Origin: Acaryochloridaceae cyanobacterium OTE_25_metabat_464
GTDB taxonomy: Bacteria; Cyanobacteriota; Cyanobacteriia; Thermosynechococcales; Thermosynechococcaceae
Direction of reading: 5' to 3'
Assembly: GCA_031362245.1 (NCBI GenBank)
Contig: JANLSD010000014.1
Span: 23,235-87,234, forward strand
Length of the DNA: 64,000 nt
Each line of letters begins with the position of its first letter. Position 1 is the stretch's first letter. The notes beneath the pieces are model-generated. The model saw nothing but the letters and a program-made list of their open reading frames with translations. It did not search any database and had not been told where the DNA came from. Positions 58,768-64,000 of the stretch are shown here, in pieces. A program made the translations under genes and the position numbers.

Positions 58768-59397
58768 ATGATGGACTACATCCGCGATGGCAATGCCATT
58801 TATGAAAAATCCTTCGCTACCATTCGATCGGAAACCAATCTCGCGATTCTACCTACTGACTTAGAAACCGTTGCAGTACGCCTTATCCACGCCTGCGGCA
58901 TGACCGATATTGTGGATGACCTTGCCTACTCTGGGGGGGCAGCAGCAATCGGACGCAAAGCGCTTGCCCAAGGTGCCCCTATTTTATGTGATGCTCAGAT
59001 GGTCGCCAATGGTGTGACCCGTAAACGCTTGCCCGCTCAGAATGAAGTGATTTGTACCTTGAACGATCCTGAAGTAGCGACGATCGCCCAATCGCTCCAA
59101 AACACCCGCTCAGCCGCAGCCCTAGAACTCTGGCGAGGGCACATGGAAGGGGCCGTAGTGGCGATCGGCAATGCTCCAACTGCGTTATTCCGATTGCTGG
59201 AAATGCTAGAAGAGGGGGCACCGAAACCTGCGCTGATTTTGGGGTTTCCGGTAGGGTTTGTGGGGGCGATCGAATCTAAGGCGGCGTTGGCCCAGATCGA
59301 TCATGGCATCCCGTTTATTACCCTCCACGGACGAAGAGGGGGCAGTGCAATGGCAGCCGCAGCCGTGAATGCGATCGCTCAGGAGAAGGAAATATGA
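58768..59397 (+). CDS. cobH: Precorrin-8X methylmutase
   Basis: 209 aa with RLIHACGM and GNAPTALF motifs. Confidence 0.9.
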   Translation: MMDYIRDGNAIYEKSFATIRSETNLAILPTDLETVAVRLIHACGMTDIVDDLAYSGGAAAIGRKALAQGAPILCDAQMVANGVTRKRLPAQNEVICTLNDPEVATIAQSLQNTRSAAALELWRGHMEGAVVAIGNAPTALFRLLEMLEEGAPKPALILGFPVGFVGAIESKAALAQIDHGIPFITLHGRRGGSAMAAAAVNAIAQEKEI

Positions 59398-60104
59398 CTC
59401 AATCAGCACAAGGGCGACTTTATGGACTCGGCATTGGCCCTGGCGATCCTGAGCTATTGACCCTCAAGGCCCATCGCATTTTAACCTCAGTGCCTGTGAT
59501 TGCCTATCCCACTATGGAAAGTGGCAAGGTTTTGGCGCGGGCGATTGTAGCAAGTTTTATCCGGCCCGAGCAGATTGAGCTGCCGATGCCTTTGCCGTTT
59601 AGCGTGGAGCGATCGTCCCAGCCCGCTTACGACCTTGGGGCAGAGAAAATTGCCGAACATTTGCGCGAGGGCCGCGACGTAGCGGTATTGTGCGAAGGCG
59701 ATCCGATGCTCTACGGCTCGTTTATGTACATCTACAATCGTTTAGCCGATCGCTTTGATACTGAAGTGGTACCAGGGATTTCTTCGACCTTTGCCAGTGC
59801 GGCGATGTTGGGTGCGCCGCTGACCTATCGCAATGATGTGCTGAGCATTATGCCCGCGACGTTGGATGAAGGGACGTTGCGCGATCGCCTTGCGGTGGCG
59901 GATGCTGCCATCATCATTAAGTTGGGTCGCCATTTTGCCAAGGTAAAGGCAGTACTGGAGGAATTAGATTTGTTTTCCCGTGCGCTGTATATTGAGCGGG
60001 CGACGATGCCGAATCAGCTTATTCGTCCGATTGCGGAGGTGTTGCCAGAGGAGGTGCCTTATTGGGCGTTGATTTTGGTGCCAAGTTTGACGCGGCCTCA
60101 GTAG
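59394..60104 (+). CDS. cobI: Precorrin-2 C20-methyltransferase
   Basis: GRLYGLGIGPGDPELLTLKA N-terminus and VPGISS. Overlaps cobH by 4 nt. Confidence 0.88.
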   Translation: MTQSAQGRLYGLGIGPGDPELLTLKAHRILTSVPVIAYPTMESGKVLARAIVASFIRPEQIELPMPLPFSVERSSQPAYDLGAEKIAEHLREGRDVAVLCEGDPMLYGSFMYIYNRLADRFDTEVVPGISSTFASAAMLGAPLTYRNDVLSIMPATLDEGTLRDRLAVADAAIIIKLGRHFAKVKAVLEELDLFSRALYIERATMPNQLIRPIAEVLPEEVPYWALILVPSLTRPQ

Positions 60105-60167
60105 TGGGTTGGAGGCGATCGCACACCACAAAAAGAAAGCTTTGGGTTGAGCTAGGAATGGTTGCCG

Positions 60168-60968
60168 TCACTCAACTCGATCTTTCTCAAGAATCTGTTG
60201 ATTGCCTTCAACGTTTCCAGCCGCACCGTAGGACGGGCCATAGAAGTTCATCTCAGATCTAACCTGTGCAGTATTCAACCGTTCAAAAAGTGGCTCATCA
60301 TCAATCATGCGAATGCCTTTACTGCGAATCGTCACATAGCGGAAATGGATATCGTTAACGTAGCGTTTAGTTGTGACCTCTCCTTCTTCTTCCATTGGGG
60401 CTACGACCCGCACAACATCTTGAACCGTAATGCCTAAACATTTTCCAATAAACTCAGGGGTTACATCAAAACAGTCGAATCTTTCAGGGTGACGGGCATG
60501 GTACTGATACAAGATTGCCAGAACTGCTTGTCTTAAATCGCGATCAGTTGCGGCTAAAGCGTTAAAGCTATTTATTGAAATGTTATTTTCATCGGCAATA
60601 TCTTTATGAATTGCTCTAAATGACGGACAACTTACAGAACATTTTATTTCATAATCTTCTGGCTGGCTAAAACCAATTGCGCCGCAATCAATATTTATTC
60701 CTACTAATTGAAATTGATGGCTTGGGAGACTTCCTAAGGACTCTAGAGTAACCACCCTATGCTTTTTCCCTACATTAAGATTTGCACAATTAACTTGTAG
60801 GATTATTTCAGGAATTGGACATTTTCGACAAATTTCTTCCGTCGTCAAACTAGTTTCCACATACATTCCATTTTGTGAGGAAGGTATGCCGCCAGGTGAG
60901 ACTTTGCAAATTAAGTGACCTAGTCTTGAATCTCTATGAGGACATGGCTTAAGTGAGTGAATTTGCAT
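60168..60968 (-). CDS. Hypothetical Cys-rich protein with possible winged-helix segment and C-terminal YGAAGNVEGNQ motif
   Basis: 266 aa, AT-rich. The N-terminal half has about 10 Cys. ...IGKCLGITVQDVVRVVAPMEEEGEV is wHTH-like. Ends NFYGPSYGAAGNVEGNQQILEKDRVE. Confidence 0.5.
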   Translation of the reverse strand: MQIHSLKPCPHRDSRLGHLICKVSPGGIPSSQNGMYVETSLTTEEICRKCPIPEIILQVNCANLNVGKKHRVVTLESLGSLPSHQFQLVGINIDCGAIGFSQPEDYEIKCSVSCPSFRAIHKDIADENNISINSFNALAATDRDLRQAVLAILYQYHARHPERFDCFDVTPEFIGKCLGITVQDVVRVVAPMEEEGEVTTKRYVNDIHFRYVTIRSKGIRMIDDEPLFERLNTAQVRSEMNFYGPSYGAAGNVEGNQQILEKDRVE

Positions 60969-61186
60969 ATTTTTTTAGTATTTTTTGATTACCTTCGAAA
61001 AAATTAGATTTTAGTTCAGTATTGACTTGAAGATTTTATGTCAAGTAGTTGAACCATTCTATTTTTGCCATTATATTAGAGAATTATAGTCAACGTTTTG
61101 TGAGATAAAGTGTCCTAACTACGGCGTTGTCAAGTTCTTTAAGATGATTACCATATCTATCCCCACTTCATCAAACAATAATCCCC

Positions 61187-62291
61187 ATGACCACCACCAT
61201 CACACTCCAACTGCCAGACGATTTTGCTCAACAACTGCAAGCAGAAGCACAGCAGCAGAACACCACTTTAGAAAACTTTGCTGCTACGCGACTGATGCAA
61301 AGCAGCACAAACGCTCAATCCTCGGTTGAACGACCAAGCGAATACACTCCCGTCATCGAAATGTTCGATCAAATTCGTGCAGCTCATCAGACCGAATACG
61401 ATTGCATCAAGATTGCCACAACCACACCCTTAACCCGCCTGGTTGCCAGTTCAATGGTTCGTCGGCAACTGATTCAGAATATAGAAATTGATGAAACCCA
61501 ACCCAGTGTCCCCATGACTCTGTATTTGTCCAAACGCCCAATCCCCTATCCCCAATACGGAGAGGGTTATCTTGACGACTTTCAAACAGACAACCCTAGA
61601 TTAAAACCAATCCTAGAAAAGCTGCGAGACCCCGATCCTAATATTCGGATTCAAGGTGTCAATGCACTGGGAGATCTGGGTTGTGAAATGGCTTGAGGAA
61701 ACAATCACCCTTCTTGAAAGGCTCCTGCTAAAGGATCCCAGAGCGAGTGTAAGAATTGCTGCCATTCAGAATTTAGCCAGAATTGGTTGCTATCATCCCA
61801 TTGACTTGCAACCCCTTTACGATATTGCCAACCAAGACATAGATCCAGATGTATCCGTCGCAGCCATCGTTGCCATCACCGATCTCATTCTCCTTTCATT
61901 CCCTACTGCAACCATGTCTGATCAGCCCAAAGTGCAAATGACCTTCAACGCCCCTGTCTATGGTGCAGCAGGCAACATCGAAGGAAATCAAATTATCAAT
62001 GCCTCAGATCAAAGCTTTGATGCACTCCTGAACGATTACAAAACGTTCTTCAACGAGCTGCAACAAAAATATCCTCCCCAAATCCCTGAGCCTGCCCTCT
62101 TGCCCATCATTGATGCTGAGTTCCAAGAAATCCAAAAAACGCAGCCCCAACGCTGGCAAAACTTTCTGAACCTCAAACGTCTCTGGAACGGCGGCAAAAA
62201 AGCCACCTTCAAAATTGGCGAGCACTTTACTGAAGAGAACGTGTGGGGGAAAGCGGCGATCACATTCCTAGAAGGCATCATGGAAGAATAG
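61187..62291 (+). pseudogene. HEAT-repeat (PBS-lyase-like) protein split by a 1-nt frameshift near 61694
   Basis: ORF 61187-61696 ends ...DPDPNIRIQGVNALGDLGCEMA*. ORF 61656-62291 continues the HEAT periodicity (EETITLLERLLLKDPRASVRIAAIQNLARIG). Removing one T in GCTTGAGGAA would fuse them. Confidence 0.5.
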
Positions 62292-62316
62292 AATCGCCAG
62301 CCCTAGCGTTACCCCA

Positions 62317-63720
62317 ATGCCCAATTCCTCCACCTCATCTGTCATCATCATCCTTAGCGAAACCAGCACGATGATCGCCCGTCAAATCCAAACCACCCTC
62401 CCCAACGCCATCCTTTATGGTTTGGTTGACCGCACCCAAACCGCAGACATAACCTACAGCAACTTTGGCGACACCGTCAGAGAACACTTCACCCAAGGCA
62501 CCCCCATCATTGGCATCTGCGCCGCTGGCATCCTCATCCGTACCCTTGCGCCACTCCTCTCGGACAAACGCGCCGAACCCCCTGTGATTGCCGTCGCCGA
62601 AGACGGAAGTGCCGTTGTGCCATTGTTGGGCGGGTTGACGGGAGCGAATGAGTTGGCAAAGGCGATCGCCCAAGCCCTTCACACCCAAGCTGCCATCACC
62701 GCCACGGGGCAACTGCGGTTCAATATTGTGCTCGAAGCGCCACCCGAAAACTATCGCCTCGCCAACCCAGAACACGCTAAATCCTTTACCTCAGACCTCA
62801 TCGCAGGGGCAACGGTCAAACTCCTAGGGGAAGCCCCGTGGCTGAGCCAAAGCAATCTCCCCTTCAGCTCAGATGGAACTCATCGCATTGAAGTCACCGA
62901 ACGGGATGTTACAGGCAGCGCCACGCACTTGGTCTATCATCCAATCTCAACCCAGGGAAGGCTCTCTATCATTGGCACTGGCCCAGGTTCCGCCCAGTGG
63001 ATGTCCCCTGAAGTCAAAGGGATTCTCCAAGCCGCCACAGATTTAGTTGGTTACAAAACCTACTTAGATTTAGTTGGAGATCTGGCCCAAGGCAAAGAAC
63101 GCCACGAATCCGACAACCGCGTAGAACTCGATCGCGCCCGTCACGCGTTGGCCCTCGCCACTGAAGGAAAATCCGTCGTGGTGGTGTCCTCCGGCGACCC
63201 TGGCATTTTTGCAATGGCAGCGGCAGTGTTTGAGGTGATTGAGCACGATGCCAATCCAGCCTGGAATACGCTCGATATCCACGTCGCTCCTGGCATTTCA
63301 GCCATGCAGGCCGCCGCCGCTGCCGTAGGCGCACCTCTCGGTCATGACTTCTGCGCCATTTCCCTCTCCGATATCCTCAAACCTTGGGAGGTGATTGAAC
63401 AGCGCCTTGCCGCCGCCGCCGCCGCTGATTTTGCGATCGCCCTCTACAACCCCATCTCCACCCAACGCACTTGGCAATTGACGGCTGCCAAGGAGCTGCT
63501 GCTGCGGTGGCGATCGCCCACCACTCCCGTTGTTCTCGCCCGTAATTTGGGCCGACCTGGACAGACCACTCGGGTGATTACCCTAGCAGAACTCACCCCA
63601 GATCAAGCTGATATGCGTACGATCTTAATTGTCGGTTCGAGTCAAACCCGCACGATTCAACGCCCCAATGGAGCCACTTGGGTCTATACACCCCGCAAAT
63701 ATCAGGGCGAGCTGACTTAG
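62317..63720 (+). CDS. cobJ: CbiG/CobE-like domain fused to precorrin-3B C17-methyltransferase (CobJ)
   Basis: N-terminal half: GICAAGILIRTLAPLLSDKRAEPPVIAVAEDGSAVVPLLGGLTGANELA (CbiG-type). C-terminal half: LSIIGTGPGS...SSGDPGIFAMA...APGISA (class III SAM methylase). Confidence 0.85.
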   Translation: MPNSSTSSVIIILSETSTMIARQIQTTLPNAILYGLVDRTQTADITYSNFGDTVREHFTQGTPIIGICAAGILIRTLAPLLSDKRAEPPVIAVAEDGSAVVPLLGGLTGANELAKAIAQALHTQAAITATGQLRFNIVLEAPPENYRLANPEHAKSFTSDLIAGATVKLLGEAPWLSQSNLPFSSDGTHRIEVTERDVTGSATHLVYHPISTQGRLSIIGTGPGSAQWMSPEVKGILQAATDLVGYKTYLDLVGDLAQGKERHESDNRVELDRARHALALATEGKSVVVVSSGDPGIFAMAAAVFEVIEHDANPAWNTLDIHVAPGISAMQAAAAAVGAPLGHDFCAISLSDILKPWEVIEQRLAAAAAADFAIALYNPISTQRTWQLTAAKELLLRWRSPTTPVVLARNLGRPGQTTRVITLAELTPDQADMRTILIVGSSQTRTIQRPNGATWVYTPRKYQGELT

Positions 63721-63794
63721 CACGTTGCAACAAAAAATAAAGTTGTGTTAACTTTAGTTACAGAAGGTTGATGCTTAGCGGAGCTTGTAAGTCT

Positions 63795-63938
63795 ATGTCT
63801 AACCAAGAAGGAAAAGTCGGCTTTACTAAGTTTGCCGAAGATTGGAATGGTCGCCTAGCCATGTTGGGCTTTGTGATCGGTCTAGCGACTGAATTCATGA
63901 CCGGACAAGGTATTCTGACCCAAATTGGTCTTATGTAG
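63795..63938 (+). CDS. High-light-inducible protein (HLIP/Scp, one-helix CAB family)
   Basis: This 47-aa ORF is not in the track: MSNQEGKVGFTKFAEDWNGRLAMLGFVIGLATEFMTGQGILTQIGLM*. ExxNGRxAMxGF is the chlorophyll-binding motif. Confidence 0.85.
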   Translation: MSNQEGKVGFTKFAEDWNGRLAMLGFVIGLATEFMTGQGILTQIGLM

Positions 63939-63967
63939 TTCGTTAAGCCACTTTTGTAGACTGAACG

Positions 63968-64000
63968 AAGGTGGGTAGCAGTTGTACTGCTACCCACCTT
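63968..64000 (+). terminator. Stem-loop downstream of the HLIP gene (probable intrinsic terminator; any U-tract lies beyond the window)
   Basis: AAGGTGGGTAGCAG-TTGTA-CTGCTACCCACCTT, a perfect 14-bp stem. Confidence 0.55.

Noticed and set aside
63758-63997. 79-aa minus-strand ORF at the window end
   Set aside because: The opposite strand encodes a textbook HLIP (63795..63938) with the ExxNGRxAMxGF motif, and the minus ORF also runs through the terminator hairpin.
1-64000. Search for CRISPR arrays, tRNA or rRNA genes, and integrase or att sites bounding the island
   Set aside because: I saw no regularly spaced direct repeats with unique spacers, no cloverleaf-compatible 70-90-nt segments in the intergenic regions I inspected, and no recombinase-like ORF. 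A tRNAscan/Infernal run would be needed to be certain about small RNAs.

Overview
Cyanobacterial chromosomal segment. It is identifiable by frequent HIP1 octamers (GCGATCGC), photosystem I genes psaF/psaJ/psaL, a ccmP-like carboxysome shell gene and an HLIP gene. Most of the window is housekeeping: argF, purL-purF, argJ, tsaD, nnr, rpiA, and a cobalamin riboswitch-led cobG-cobH-cobI...cbiG/cobJ cluster. It also holds an EF-G paralogue, a copper P-type ATPase, an orphan C5-DNA methyltransferase, ParDE and MazF toxin-antitoxin genes, and an AT-rich sugar-modification cassette. The stand-out region is a six-gene, same-strand operon at 15845..26017 (minus strand), inserted between purL-purF-HAD and the EF-G paralogue. 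It encodes products of 801 aa, 431 aa (HEAGH zinc motif), 121 aa, 381 aa, 1414 aa and 163 aa. The 1414-aa protein has a PhoD-like metallophosphatase core and a C-terminal His/Cys domain. The two large proteins share an acidic N-terminal leader with duplicated E(S/L)PF motifs. I cannot assign the operon to any named system and treat it as the best candidate for something undescribed, possibly a leader-dependent pro-protein or effector module. Other oddities are a retropepsin-like gene broken by tandem duplications at its DTG codons, a 2.2-kb foreign cassette splitting the cob operon, a MITE-like palindromic element between cobG and cobH, an ISL3 transposase remnant, a Met-free 5'-truncated VWD/RTX adhesin fragment bracketed by repeats, and small dispersed palindromes. 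I saw no rRNA, tRNA or CRISPR array. All calls come from reading the ORF translations and DNA by eye; no database search was run.
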